Shown piece by piece: positions 37,693-47,448 of a stretch of 64,000 bases of DNA; positions within the stretch are counted from its first letter, which is position 1, and each line of letters begins with the position of its first letter. A model generated the notes under the pieces. The model was given only the letters and a program-made list of their open reading frames with translations. It made no database searches and was not told the origin of the DNA. Made by a program: the position numbers and the translations under genes. This stretch comes from a virus. Its lineage: Duplodnaviria; Caudoviricetes. The stretch is taken from positions 24,080 through 88,079 of IMG/VR virus record IMGVR_UViG_2657245717_000001. One strand, written 5' to 3'.

Positions 37693-38172
37693 TCACTTCC
37701 CGCCCGCACGACCGTCCGACAACCCCAACTCCTTCCGTATGCGGTAAACGTTGCTCGGCGCGATACCCAACTTGTTCGCGATCCCCAAGGGGGGCGTCCC
37801 GGCCTCCGACTCACGACGCACCGCAGAACGAACCTCGGATGAGTGGGATCTGTTCTTACGGGATAGGCCCATCGCTGCCAGTTGACCTTTAACCACGTGC
37901 ACCTCCACCCCCACCGTGCTGGCGATCTGCTCCAAACCCACCTTCGCTTCCCTCAGCGCGCGAATCTGTCGCTTCTGCGCTTCTGTCACCTTCGGTGCTT
38001 GCCGTAGAGGCAGGCCCATCTTGTAGCGCAGCATGTAGACAGCGCTGCGTTCGATGCCGAGCAAACGCGCGATCTCCTTGCCAGGGGTGCCTGCACCCCA
38101 TTCCCGCTTGAAGAGGTCCAGGTCGAGGCTGCTGAGATCGATCCGTCGACCAGCCTTGGGTGATGTATCCAT
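37693..38172 (-). CDS. triple-HTH DNA-binding protein
   Basis: KEIARLLGIERSAV; EQIASTVGV; IANKLGIAPSNVYRIRKELGL. Confidence 0.7.
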   Translation of the reverse strand: MDTSPKAGRRIDLSSLDLDLFKREWGAGTPGKEIARLLGIERSAVYMLRYKMGLPLRQAPKVTEAQKRQIRALREAKVGLEQIASTVGVEVHVVKGQLAAMGLSRKNRSHSSEVRSAVRRESEAGTPPLGIANKLGIAPSNVYRIRKELGLSDGRAGGK

Positions 38173-38375
38173 GCTCAGTCCAACGGTGGAGTCGCCGGGC
38201 TGGTCACTTGAGCTACCCGGCGGGGCATAGCAGCCCGGACAAACGCCCGAATGTGCGCCACGCTAGATCTGCACGGCTCGGGAGACGTATCCCTTGAGCG
38301 TCCCCGCGCCTCGATGGGCACTACCCGAGCCGTGCAAACAGACTGGTCCGCCCCGTGACGGAGGCGTTGACCACT

Positions 38376-38415
38376 GGCCCCGCGACCCACATCCCCCAGG
38401 GTCGCGGGGCCTCTT
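38376..38415 (+). terminator. hairpin terminator
   Basis: 13-bp stem GGCCCCGCGACCC/GGGTCGCGGGGCC then TCTT. Confidence 0.6.
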
Positions 38416-38425
38416 CATGCCCCCC

Positions 38426-38454
38426 TTGTACTTCCTAGAATAGGAAGCTACAGT
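38426..38454 (+). promoter_or_regulatory. housekeeping-type promoter with operator in spacer
   Basis: TTGTAC-N17-TACAGT containing CTTCCTA-GAA-TAGGAAG. Confidence 0.7.
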
Positions 38455-38508
38455 GGTGTCATGAAGTCAGGGGAACAGCCCCAGACTCAACCGGAAGGAC
38501 CCGGCACC

Positions 38509-38835
38509 ATGGCGACCACCACCAGCTACGGCAGCTTCTACAACCACACCAACGCCCTCAACGTCGGCTCCTACATCGCCGACGCATGCAGCTCCGCCGA
38601 CAGCGACTGGCTGGAGCGCATGGAAACCGCAGGCGCCTTCGACCGCATCGAGTCCGACTTCTCCAACGCCATCAACGACGCCCTGCCCGGCGGCGTCGCC
38701 CTCTCCGGGGACGAGTTCATCGGCCCGGCCTACGAGGAGGACTACGAGGACGGTGTCGCCGACCTGGACATCTCCAAGGTCGTCAAGGGCATCGACTTCT
38801 GGGCCATCGTCCAGAAGCACGACGTCGGCATCTGA
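38509..38835 (+). CDS. small acidic protein
   Basis: 108 aa, 20 D/E versus 5 K/R; GAAGGA RBS. Confidence 0.75.
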   Translation: MATTTSYGSFYNHTNALNVGSYIADACSSADSDWLERMETAGAFDRIESDFSNAINDALPGGVALSGDEFIGPAYEEDYEDGVADLDISKVVKGIDFWAIVQKHDVGI

Positions 38836-38897
38836 GTAGTGAACCCCCAGTGCCCCCGTCCTAGCGCGGGGGCACAGCCATGACGAAGGGCCTACCC

Positions 38898-39320
38898 ATG
38901 TCCGAGCAGCAGTACAGCGACCCGCCCGGCATGCCCGACGACGAGCGGATGACCGACGCCGAGTTCAAGGTCGTCCGCGAGTACCTGGGCCTCACCGGAG
39001 ACGGGATCGCCGAATACCTGAAGGTGACACCGCGTACGGTGCGGCACTGGGAGCAGGGCAAGTACCCCATCCCAGACGGAGTGCGGCTCGCGGTCAAGCG
39101 GCTGGAGGCGGAGGCTAGCCGCCAGGTCGCCGCCGGTGTGAAGGCGCTGATGGACGCTCCCGAACCCGTGCTTGTGCTGGCCCGCACTGAGGCCGAGCGT
39201 CCCGCCGGGAACGACTGGCCGCTCGGCTGGTCGCGGGCCGTGGCAGCTCGTATTGCTCAGGAAGTTCCGGGGCTTTCGATCATGTACAGCGACCAGGTTT
39301 CCAGCGCTGAGGAGAACTAG
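38898..39320 (+). CDS. XRE-family HTH protein
   Basis: MTDAEFKVVREYLGLT...YLKVTPRTVRHWEQGKYPIP. Confidence 0.8.
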   Translation: MSEQQYSDPPGMPDDERMTDAEFKVVREYLGLTGDGIAEYLKVTPRTVRHWEQGKYPIPDGVRLAVKRLEAEASRQVAAGVKALMDAPEPVLVLARTEAERPAGNDWPLGWSRAVAARIAQEVPGLSIMYSDQVSSAEEN

Positions 39321-39348
39321 CGTTCGGGGGCGCCAGGTGACGGCAGAC

Positions 39349-40035
39349 CTACTTCACCTGGCGCCACACACCGCAATCCCGTGTGGTGAACGACCCGTCC
39401 GTCGCCTCGATCGTCACCTCGATGGACTTCGCGTCACCCGACACGAACTGGTTGTCGATGATGTCGCCGCCGTCTGTGGACCGCTCCCAGTAGCAGTCGC
39501 TCAAGCCGTCCTCGCCGCCCGTCGTCCGATACGTGCCCGGCCGCACCGACCGCGCCCCCACCTCCGACGACACCTCATACGAGCCGCCCAACAGCAACTG
39601 CTCCGCCTTCCCGTCGAGCACCTCCAGGACGGTCTTCTCCCAGCGCGGGCACAGCACCGGCACCCCCGCCCGCAACGCGAGCTTCTCGTCGCCCTCCGGC
39701 GGATTCGCGCGGGTCAGCCACGACGACGGCGGCGCGTCCGGGTCGTTCCGCTCCTCATACGAGTCGAGCGTCTCGCACACGTCGTCCACGTAGTCGCTGG
39801 CCGTCTCGTACGCCGGGTCCGGCATCGTCCAGCCCTCAGCCTCCGCGCCGGCATCCACACGCTCCTGCGGCGACTCGATGTGCACCTCCTCCGTCGCCGA
39901 CGGCGCCACCGACGGACTCGCCGAAACCGACGCCGACGCAGACGCGGACGGAGCAGACTCCGCCTCCCCACCCCCGCACCCGGCCACCAACACCATCACC
40001 ACGGCCGAAGCCGCCCCCACCCCAAGTCGTCTCAT
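39349..40035 (-). CDS. lipoprotein
   Basis: Signal peptide with lipobox LVAG-C; PGTYRT...CYWER motif. Confidence 0.8.
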   Translation of the reverse strand: MRRLGVGAASAVVMVLVAGCGGGEAESAPSASASASVSASPSVAPSATEEVHIESPQERVDAGAEAEGWTMPDPAYETASDYVDDVCETLDSYEERNDPDAPPSSWLTRANPPEGDEKLALRAGVPVLCPRWEKTVLEVLDGKAEQLLLGGSYEVSSEVGARSVRPGTYRTTGGEDGLSDCYWERSTDGGDIIDNQFVSGDAKSIEVTIEATDGSFTTRDCGVWRQVK

Positions 40036-40066
40036 GCGCCGATCATCCCCGCCCCAACCCGACCGA

Positions 40067-40116
40067 GGGAACACAAGTCCACACATCAGGCATGATCTGT
40101 AACAGGCGCGGGGCCT
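40067..40116 (+). promoter_or_regulatory. late promoter GGGAAC-N18-CATGAT plus AGGCGCGGGGCCT leader
   Basis: Motif shared with 42743 and 44700. Confidence 0.65.
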
Positions 40117-40143
40117 AACCACACAAGCGGGAGCCCCACCGCC

Positions 40144-40635
40144 ATGAGCGCATCCAAAGCACAGCAAGCCGTCACCGCCGAACGCCGCGCCAAGCTCATC
40201 CGCATGCGCCTCGCCGGCCACGAGTTCGACGAAATCGCCCGCGTCCTCGGCTACTCGTCGGCGTCCGCCGCGTCCAAGGACATGATCCGCGTCCTGGAAA
40301 AGCGCCGCGACGAGCAGGACGCCGAGGTCAGTGTTTACCGGCAGCAGGAAGGCGACCGCCTCGACGCGCTCCTCCTCGCCCACTGGGACGCCGCCACCAG
40401 CGGTGAAGACCCGAAGGCCGCCGACCTCGTCCTGAAGATCATGGACCGGCGGGCCAAGCTCATGGGCCTCGACATGCCCGTCCGCGCCGAAGTGTCCGGC
40501 CCCGACGGCGGCGCCGTCCCCCTCGGCACCGGAGCCCTCGCCGAACTCCAGCAGCTCATCTCCATCGCAGGGCAGACCGGTGACCCCGACACGCTCCTCG
40601 ACGGCGAGCAGGACACCGGTGACGACACCGTTTGA
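40144..40635 (+). CDS. terminase small subunit
   Basis: N-terminal HTH, RLDALL...IMDRRAKLMGLD; upstream of TerL. Confidence 0.8.
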   Translation: MSASKAQQAVTAERRAKLIRMRLAGHEFDEIARVLGYSSASAASKDMIRVLEKRRDEQDAEVSVYRQQEGDRLDALLLAHWDAATSGEDPKAADLVLKIMDRRAKLMGLDMPVRAEVSGPDGGAVPLGTGALAELQQLISIAGQTGDPDTLLDGEQDTGDDTV

Positions 40636-42166
40636 CCTCGCCGAGGACGCCGTCCTCCAGCACTACCGGACCCTGCCCGTACCCGAACGCCGCAGGGTTG
40701 CTCGGCGCGCCAGCCCCGAACTCCGCCTCCGCCTCGCCTGGGTCGAGCGGCAGATCGCCATGGACCGCTCACCCGGCAGCCTCGCCGCCGTCCTCACCGA
40801 AGGAAAGGAGATGCAAGCCCCCCACCTCGACATCATCGACCGGGTCTACCAGCGCATCGCCGCCGGCGAACGCCTCAAAGTTATGGTCACCATGCCGCCC
40901 CGCGCCGGAAAGTCCCGCCGCACATCCCGTTGGGGCCCCGTCTGGTACCTCCGACGCCAACCAGACCACCGCTTCATGCTCGCCTCCTACGCCGCACACC
41001 TCGCCGACGACCACGGCCGCTGGGTCCGCAACACCATCACCGAACACGCCTCCACCCTTGGCATCAGCCTCAAGTACGGCAGCCAAGCCGCCAACCGCTT
41101 CGACATCGACCGCCGCGACGGGGGCATGGTCACCGCAGGAGTCGGAGGGGCTCTGACCGGCCGGGGCGCGCACGTCGCAGCCGTGGACGACCCCTTCAAG
41201 GGCGCAGAAGACGCAGGATCGCCCACCCAACGCGACCGAGTCTGGGACTGGTGGCAGTCCGTCCTCCTCACCCGCCTGGAGCCCCAAGGCTCCGTGCTGC
41301 TGGTGAACACGCGCTGGGACGACGACGACCTTTCTGGTCGGCTCCTTAAGGAGGAACCCGAAGAGTGGATCGTTATCGACCTGCCTGCCCTGGCCCTCAC
41401 TGCCGACGATCCGCTCGGCCGCCAGCCTGGGGAAGCCCTGTGGCCCGAGCGGTACAACGCCGACGACTACGCGCGCATCAGGAAGTCCGTCGGTGAGCGC
41501 GTGTGGTGGTCGCTCTACCAGCAGCAGCCCCGCCCCCTTGAAGGTGGCGTGTGGCAATGGGCGTGGATCACCGCCAACCGCATCAGCCCCGCAGCGCTCC
41601 GCGGTATCGACCTGTCCCGCATCGTCGTCGCCATCGACCCGTCCGGCGGCGCCGGCGGAGCCAACGACGAAACCGGCATCGTCGCTGCGGGCCGCACGGC
41701 GGACGGCCAGTACTACGTGCTGGAGGACCGCTCCGGCCGGCACGGCGCCAACGCGTGGGGCCGCGAAGCGTGCCTTCGTGCTGTCGAGCTGCGCGCGGAT
41801 GCGTTCGTCGTCGAGACGAACTTCGGCGGGGACATGACGAAGCAGGTGCTCATCCAGGCGTGGCAGGAGCTTGAGCGGCAGGACGCCACCGCGGGTATGC
41901 CCATGCCGCGGATCGTGGAGGTCGTCGCCAAGCAGGGCAAGCGGTTGCGTGCGGAGCCGATCGCCCAGCTATATGAGCAGGGCCTCGTCCACCACGTGGG
42001 GGAGTGGCCGACGCTGGAGACGCAGATGGTGACGTGGCTGCCCGGCATGGACTCCCCGGACCGCATGGACGCCGCGGTGCACGCGCTCACCGAGCTGGCC
42101 GACCCGGCGTCTACGGGCCTGGGAACGGTCGCCTACCAGGATCAGCGGCTGCGCGGTCGACGGTGA
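40619..42166 (+). CDS. terL: terminase large subunit
   Basis: MPPRAGKS, LTGRGAH..VDDP, TRW, VVAIDP, DETGI, SPDRMDA. Confidence 0.95.
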   Translation: MTTPFDLAEDAVLQHYRTLPVPERRRVARRASPELRLRLAWVERQIAMDRSPGSLAAVLTEGKEMQAPHLDIIDRVYQRIAAGERLKVMVTMPPRAGKSRRTSRWGPVWYLRRQPDHRFMLASYAAHLADDHGRWVRNTITEHASTLGISLKYGSQAANRFDIDRRDGGMVTAGVGGALTGRGAHVAAVDDPFKGAEDAGSPTQRDRVWDWWQSVLLTRLEPQGSVLLVNTRWDDDDLSGRLLKEEPEEWIVIDLPALALTADDPLGRQPGEALWPERYNADDYARIRKSVGERVWWSLYQQQPRPLEGGVWQWAWITANRISPAALRGIDLSRIVVAIDPSGGAGGANDETGIVAAGRTADGQYYVLEDRSGRHGANAWGREACLRAVELRADAFVVETNFGGDMTKQVLIQAWQELERQDATAGMPMPRIVEVVAKQGKRLRAEPIAQLYEQGLVHHVGEWPTLETQMVTWLPGMDSPDRMDAAVHALTELADPASTGLGTVAYQDQRLRGRR

Positions 42167-42339
42167 TGTGGCGCTAACAAAGACGAAGGGGGCTGACAGT
42201 GTTCATGGCCCTCAAGATGTAATCTTCATGTGGGTTGCGCACTCGCGAGTACGTCACAGTGGTGCGTAGCCTCAACGATGAGCGGCGAAGCCCACCCTGC
42301 CAAGGAAGACTTCGCCGCCTGTTCAACGCGACTGCCTGG

Positions 42340-42432
42340 CTAGGAGCTGAGCCAGATCGTCCACTGGAGTGCCACCTCCAGGAAACCGACGATCAGGAAA
42401 CCCAGCGCCCAGTCGGGCGGTTCGTTTTTCAT
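42340..42432 (-). CDS. 30-aa hydrophobic membrane peptide
   Basis: MKNEPPDWALGFLIVGFLEVALQWTIWLSS with GAGGGAGAG upstream. Confidence 0.4.
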   Translation of the reverse strand: MKNEPPDWALGFLIVGFLEVALQWTIWLSS

Positions 42433-42742
42433 CACAACCTGCTCTCCCTCGCTTGCGTCAGCTACGTGTTCGCTGACTGGTATGCCAAGGGGTGAGCGCG
42501 TTTGCCGGGCTTACTTTACTGTGCCCCGCCGGCGATCCGCGGCCCCTGCTGCGGCGTCAGTCGCCTGAGTGCGTAGTCCAGTTGCTGTGTCGCGTGGCAA
42601 TCGCCGGTGAACCGCTCTGGGATACCGGCGACATCGTCGTAGCTGTACTGGTGAGGGCGTCCTCGAAGTACGCACAAACGCCCTGCCGAGATCACTCGTT
42701 CGGGTTAAAGGGGCGGGCGAATCTTGTGTGCCGCTTGTGGGA

Positions 42743-42792
42743 GGCAACGCTGCCCATGTCGGCCCGTACCCTGATCAGTAGGCGCGGGGCCT
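42743..42792 (+). promoter_or_regulatory. late promoter GGCAAC-N18-TACCCT plus AGGCGCGGGGCCT
   Basis: Motif match upstream of portal. Confidence 0.7.
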
Positions 42793-42812
42793 GATCATGG
42801 AGGGACTCTCCA

Positions 42813-44690
42813 GTGGGCCTCATCTCCGGCGCACGCAGGCTCACGATCGACGCCTGGTCGTGGCTGAACTTCAAGCCGATCTACTCCGACCAGCTACTCG
42901 GCATGCCCAACCGGCGGGCCTTCCCCGAAGCTCACGCCACCTGGGTCCCCGCAGCCGACGAACGACGCCTCGCCGCGTACAAGCTGCTCTCCGCCTACGA
43001 CAACAACCAGGCCGGGGAACTCGCCGCGATCCGCGACGGGGAGGGAGCACGCGACCGCCGCGAGTTCGGCGACCCGAGCATGTTCATCGACACCCTCGTC
43101 GCCCACGTCATGGGCCGCGAGCAGCGCGTCGTCGTCCCCGGCGCCGAACAGACCGCCGAAGAGAACCCCGACCAGGCCGCCGCCGAGCACCTCCAGACGC
43201 TCCTGCGGGAGTGGGCCGACGCCGAGCTGCTGCCCATGCGGATGCTCCAGACCGAACGTAAAGCTGTCGGCCTCGGCGACGGCGTCTACCTCCTGTACTG
43301 GGACGCAACCAAGCAGCGGGCCCGCATCAAGACCTACGACCCGGGCTTCTACTTCCCTGTCCTGCCCGAAGACGGCGACGGCTCCGACTACCCCGAACGT
43401 GTCCACTTCGCGTGGGAACTCCCCGAGGACCCCAAGCGGGGCCTCAAGCCGCGACTGCGACGCATCACCTACGAGCTGGACTGGATTCAGCCCGCCACCG
43501 CGTCCGGCGTCGACCGTGCCGGCCGGGCCGTGCGTGCGCCGCTCCTCACCGAACCCGACGACGGCACCGACCCGGCCCCGCTCCTCAACATCGGCGACCA
43601 GGTCGACGGGACCAGCATCGCCCGCGACTATCCGTGGAACGACCGGCCCGTCTACCGCACCTGCTACCTCACCGACGCCACCTGGGAACTCGGTGACCTC
43701 ACCGGCCCCGTGGATGTCGACTCGCTGCCCCTCGACAAGGCCACCTACGCCACCGACGCGTCCGGCGAAGTCCTCGACCGTCTTGACCTGTACATCGACT
43801 TCATCCCGGTCGTCCACGTCCCCAACACGGTGCCGCCCGCGGAGGAGCACTGGGGCCAGTCGTCGCTGGCGAAGGCGTTGCAGGTGTTCGACGAGCTTCA
43901 GGGCACCGACACTGACTCGTCCCGCGCGTCCGCCACGACCGGCTCTCCCATCATCGGGCTCTCCGGGAAGGCTGCCTCCGGCCGTAGTCAGCTCGCGGTC
44001 GCGCCCGGCATGGTCTTCGAACTCGGCGAGAACGGCCGCATGGACACCGTTGACACGGCCCCTCAGCTCGCCGAGCTGCGCAACCACCGTGCGGATCTCT
44101 CTGACCGTGCCGCGAATGTCGTCCGCCTGCCGGCCGTCGCCATCGGCACCATGGACCCGTCGAAGATGCCGTCCGGCTACGCCCTCCAGCTCTCTCTGGG
44201 CCCGCTCGATTCGCTGGTGTCCGGGATGCGGCTCGCCCGCGCCCACAAGGACACCCTCCTCCTGCGGTTCGTGACCCGCCTCCACATGGCCGGCCAGCAC
44301 CCCGACTGGGCCGACGTACGGCCGATGCCCGCGCTCATCGCCCGCGGCCCCTACACGCCCACCGACAAGGCCGCCGTCCTGGAGCAGGTCACCCAAGGTG
44401 TTGAGGCTGGGGTGATGTCGCTGGAGACCGGCGTGCGGATGCTGTCCGAGGCTGGGTTCCCCATCGACGACATCGACCAGGAGATCAAGCAGATCGAGTC
44501 CCGCGCGTTCGCCGCGGCCAAGGACCTGGCAGACGCCCTCGGCAACGTGGATGCGGTCGCCGAGTTCCTCGACCGCAAGGCCCCCGAGGCTGAGGAGGCG
44601 CCGGCCGTGCAGCTCCCGCCGATCCCTGCCAACGCGGCGGAGGCTGACGCCGCCGATCCTCTCCAGGACGGCGACGACGATGAGGCGTAG
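42813..44690 (+). CDS. portal protein
   Basis: Position after TerL; GLGDGVY, IPVVHVPN...HWGQS, SGYAL. Confidence 0.85.
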   Translation: MGLISGARRLTIDAWSWLNFKPIYSDQLLGMPNRRAFPEAHATWVPAADERRLAAYKLLSAYDNNQAGELAAIRDGEGARDRREFGDPSMFIDTLVAHVMGREQRVVVPGAEQTAEENPDQAAAEHLQTLLREWADAELLPMRMLQTERKAVGLGDGVYLLYWDATKQRARIKTYDPGFYFPVLPEDGDGSDYPERVHFAWELPEDPKRGLKPRLRRITYELDWIQPATASGVDRAGRAVRAPLLTEPDDGTDPAPLLNIGDQVDGTSIARDYPWNDRPVYRTCYLTDATWELGDLTGPVDVDSLPLDKATYATDASGEVLDRLDLYIDFIPVVHVPNTVPPAEEHWGQSSLAKALQVFDELQGTDTDSSRASATTGSPIIGLSGKAASGRSQLAVAPGMVFELGENGRMDTVDTAPQLAELRNHRADLSDRAANVVRLPAVAIGTMDPSKMPSGYALQLSLGPLDSLVSGMRLARAHKDTLLLRFVTRLHMAGQHPDWADVRPMPALIARGPYTPTDKAAVLEQVTQGVEAGVMSLETGVRMLSEAGFPIDDIDQEIKQIESRAFAAAKDLADALGNVDAVAEFLDRKAPEAEEAPAVQLPPIPANAAEADAADPLQDGDDDEA

Positions 44691-44699
44691 CCGGGCAGG

Positions 44700-44748
44700 G
44701 GCAACACATTCGCCGTCTTGTGCTTTCCTTGATCTAGGCGCGGGGCCT
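44700..44748 (+). promoter_or_regulatory. late promoter GGCAAC-N18-TTTCCT plus AGGCGCGGGGCCT
   Basis: Motif match upstream of scaffold. Confidence 0.65.
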
Positions 44749-44775
44749 GATGACTGTCCGGGAGGACTTGGCACT

Positions 44776-45507
44776 ATGCGTCGCCCCACGCACCCCCGCC
44801 ACACCACGACCGCCTGGGCGCGCCCGTACAGCGGGCTCGCCGACCTGGCTGTGTGCTACGCCGATGGCGGCGAACCGCCGACCCCCGCACCACAGGCCCC
44901 CAAGCCCGCACCCCCGGCCGAGCCGGTACAGGTCACCGTCACCCAGGAAGACCTCGCCAAGCTCGCCGCCAAGGAGAAGGACCAGGGCCGCCGCGCCGGA
45001 GCCAAGGCCGCCCTGGAGGACTTCGCCACCGAGCACGGCTTCAACACGGTCGACGACGCCAAGGCGTTCATCGCCGCCGCCCGACAGGCGCAGGAAGCCG
45101 CCCTGTCCGAGCAGGAGAAGCGCGAGAAGGCCCTCGCCGAACGAGAGGCCGCCGCCGAAGCCCGCGAACAGGCCGCCCTCGCCCGCGAGCGTGTCGCCTC
45201 CCGCCGCGCGCTCCTCGCCGGCCTCGGCGCCACGGGAGACGACCTCGACGACGCCACCCAACTCCTCCGCGCCGACGACGACGCCGACGACGCGGCACTT
45301 ACCGCCGCCGCCGAAGCCCTCAAGGCCCGCCGGCCCGAACTGTTCGGAGGCGCCACCACGCCTGCTGCGGCCCCCAAGCTGCCGCCCGCCCCGTCCGGAG
45401 CCCCCGCCGGCGGCCCGCCGCGCGCACCCGCCACCAAGGACGACATCAAGGCCCGCGCCATGGCCCGCGCCCAGCAGATGGGCTACGCCACCAAGCCCGC
45501 CGCCTAA
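44776..45507 (+). CDS. capsid scaffolding protein
   Basis: VTQEDL...coiled coil...RPELFG; position. Confidence 0.8.
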   Translation: MRRPTHPRHTTTAWARPYSGLADLAVCYADGGEPPTPAPQAPKPAPPAEPVQVTVTQEDLAKLAAKEKDQGRRAGAKAALEDFATEHGFNTVDDAKAFIAAARQAQEAALSEQEKREKALAEREAAAEAREQAALARERVASRRALLAGLGATGDDLDDATQLLRADDDADDAALTAAAEALKARRPELFGGATTPAAAPKLPPAPSGAPAGGPPRAPATKDDIKARAMARAQQMGYATKPAA

Positions 45508-45614
45508 CCCGCGGCCCACCAACTGAGGGACCACGCCCTCACACCTCCCGTGGACGACACCCCAGCCGGGTGTCCGCACCCAGTGCCCACCCCCGCCATG
45601 GGAGGAGATTCGGC

Positions 45615-46031
45615 GTGGACATCCAGCCGATCACCAGCACCGAGACCGTCACCGCCGACCGCGCGTGGCTGATGAACCTGCACGGCTCGGGCATGAACAC
45701 CACCATCACCCTCGACGTCACCAAGTTCACGTCGGGCACCCACTACGTCGCCGCGTCCGGGCCGCTCATGCCCTACCACCGGTTCAAGAGCGGGCTGCCC
45801 CTCGGCCGGCTCACCGCGTCCGGGCTGTACGCCCCCTACAAGGCCGACGCCACCGACGGCAGCGAAGTCCTCGCCGGGCTCCTCGCCACCGAGACCACGT
45901 TCAACCCGACCACCACCAAGGTCGCCGCAGCGCTCCTCGTCCACGGCCAGGTCAAGACGGCGAAGCTCCCCGTCGCGCTGACGGTGCCCGCCGCCGAGTC
46001 CCGTACCGACTCCATCGTCTTCACCGCCTGA
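45615..46031 (+). CDS. head decoration protein
   Basis: SGLPLGRLTASGLYAPY..DATDGSE, between scaffold and major capsid. Confidence 0.85.
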   Translation: MDIQPITSTETVTADRAWLMNLHGSGMNTTITLDVTKFTSGTHYVAASGPLMPYHRFKSGLPLGRLTASGLYAPYKADATDGSEVLAGLLATETTFNPTTTKVAAALLVHGQVKTAKLPVALTVPAAESRTDSIVFTA

Positions 46032-46044
46032 AAGGGGCCCTGTC

Positions 46045-47091
46045 ATGCTGGAGACCCTGCTCAGGGACATCAACGCCACGGAGATCAACGCGTTCGCGCG
46101 TGCGGTGCAGACGCCCGCCGACTACGCCCTCACCCTCTCGGTCATGCCCGAGAAGACCATCAACTCGGTGAAGTTCCGCACCAAGCGCACCGAGCGTCGC
46201 GTCAACGCCGCCCAGTACCGGGCGTTCGACGCGCAGACGAAGGTCGCCACCCGCGAGGCCAAGCGCATCGTCACCGAGGGCATGCTGCCCCCGCTCGGCC
46301 AGAAGTACCTGGTCGGCGAGCTGGAGCAGATCCTCCTCGACACGTCCCGCGGCGCCGACGCCTCGGAATTCGTCGAGCTGCTGTACCAGGACGTCGCCGC
46401 GCACGTGCAGTCCATCAAGTCCCGCCTGGAACTCGCGGTCGGTGACCTCCTCACCGACGGCAAGTTCACCCTCGCCGGGGAGAACGGCCTCACCGTCGAG
46501 TACGACGCCGGGGTGCCCTCCGCGAACATGCCGACCGCGGCGACCGCCTGGACCAACCCGGCTGCGGACGCCATCGCCGACGAGATGGCGTGGATCGAGG
46601 TGCTCCGCGCGTCCGGTGCTCCGCTGCCGTCCCGCGTCGTCACCTCCTACAAGGCCCGTGCGCTCCTCGCGGCGAACGACTCCTACCGTCGGGCGTTCTA
46701 CGGGCAGCCGTCCACGCAGACCCCCACGGGTGTCCTCGCGCCGAACGAGGTCGACGCGGTCCGCGCCCGCTACAACCTGCCGCCCATCGAGGTGTACGAC
46801 GTTCAGATCCCCGTGGACGGCGGCACCAACGTCCGGCCGATCCCTGAGGACCGGTGGCTGATGCTGCCGCCGAACCCGCAGCAGTGGGGTGAGACGCAGT
46901 ACGGCGTGACGGCCGAGTCTCTCGTCCTGTCGTCCGGTGGCAACCCGGCCATCGAGCGTCAGGAGGCGCCCGGCATCGTCGTCACCCACGGCTACACCGA
47001 CGACCCGGTGCAGGTGTGGACGAAGGGCGCCGCCGTCGCGATGCCGGTGCTGTACGTCCCGGACATCCACATCACCGCGAAGGTGTTCTGA
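46045..47091 (+). CDS. major capsid protein (gpE-like)
   Basis: Size and position; YRAFDA, LPPLG, DPVQVWTKGAAVAMPVL. Confidence 0.9.
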   Translation: MLETLLRDINATEINAFARAVQTPADYALTLSVMPEKTINSVKFRTKRTERRVNAAQYRAFDAQTKVATREAKRIVTEGMLPPLGQKYLVGELEQILLDTSRGADASEFVELLYQDVAAHVQSIKSRLELAVGDLLTDGKFTLAGENGLTVEYDAGVPSANMPTAATAWTNPAADAIADEMAWIEVLRASGAPLPSRVVTSYKARALLAANDSYRRAFYGQPSTQTPTGVLAPNEVDAVRARYNLPPIEVYDVQIPVDGGTNVRPIPEDRWLMLPPNPQQWGETQYGVTAESLVLSSGGNPAIERQEAPGIVVTHGYTDDPVQVWTKGAAVAMPVLYVPDIHITAKVF

Positions 47092-47092
47092 C

Positions 47093-47356
47093 ATGGGGAA
47101 GCGTCTCGCCGCGAACGTTCACGTCCGTGATCCGCGTACCCATCAGCTCGTGCACCTGGCGGCCGGCGACGAGCCGGAGCCGGTCCTCGCGGAGCTGATC
47201 ACCACTCCGTCTGCGTGGGAGGACGGCGAGCCGCCCGCGGCTGTGTCGCAGTCCGACGATGACGGGGACTCTAAGCAGGCCGCGCGCAAGACGGCGGCCG
47301 CGAAGCCGGCCCGGGGCCGGAAGGCCGCCGACGCTGAGGGAGACGGCGGCCAGTAG
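47093..47356 (+). CDS. small head-associated protein
   Basis: Follows major capsid. Confidence 0.65.
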   Translation: MGKRLAANVHVRDPRTHQLVHLAAGDEPEPVLAELITTPSAWEDGEPPAAVSQSDDDGDSKQAARKTAAAKPARGRKAADAEGDGGQ

Positions 47357-47448
47357 GTAGACGCGATGCGGGCCCTGCATGCCGGTGGGGCGCCGGTGGG
47401 GCCCGCATCCGTCCCCTTCCCCTACTCGCCCGGATCGGAGGGCCACCT

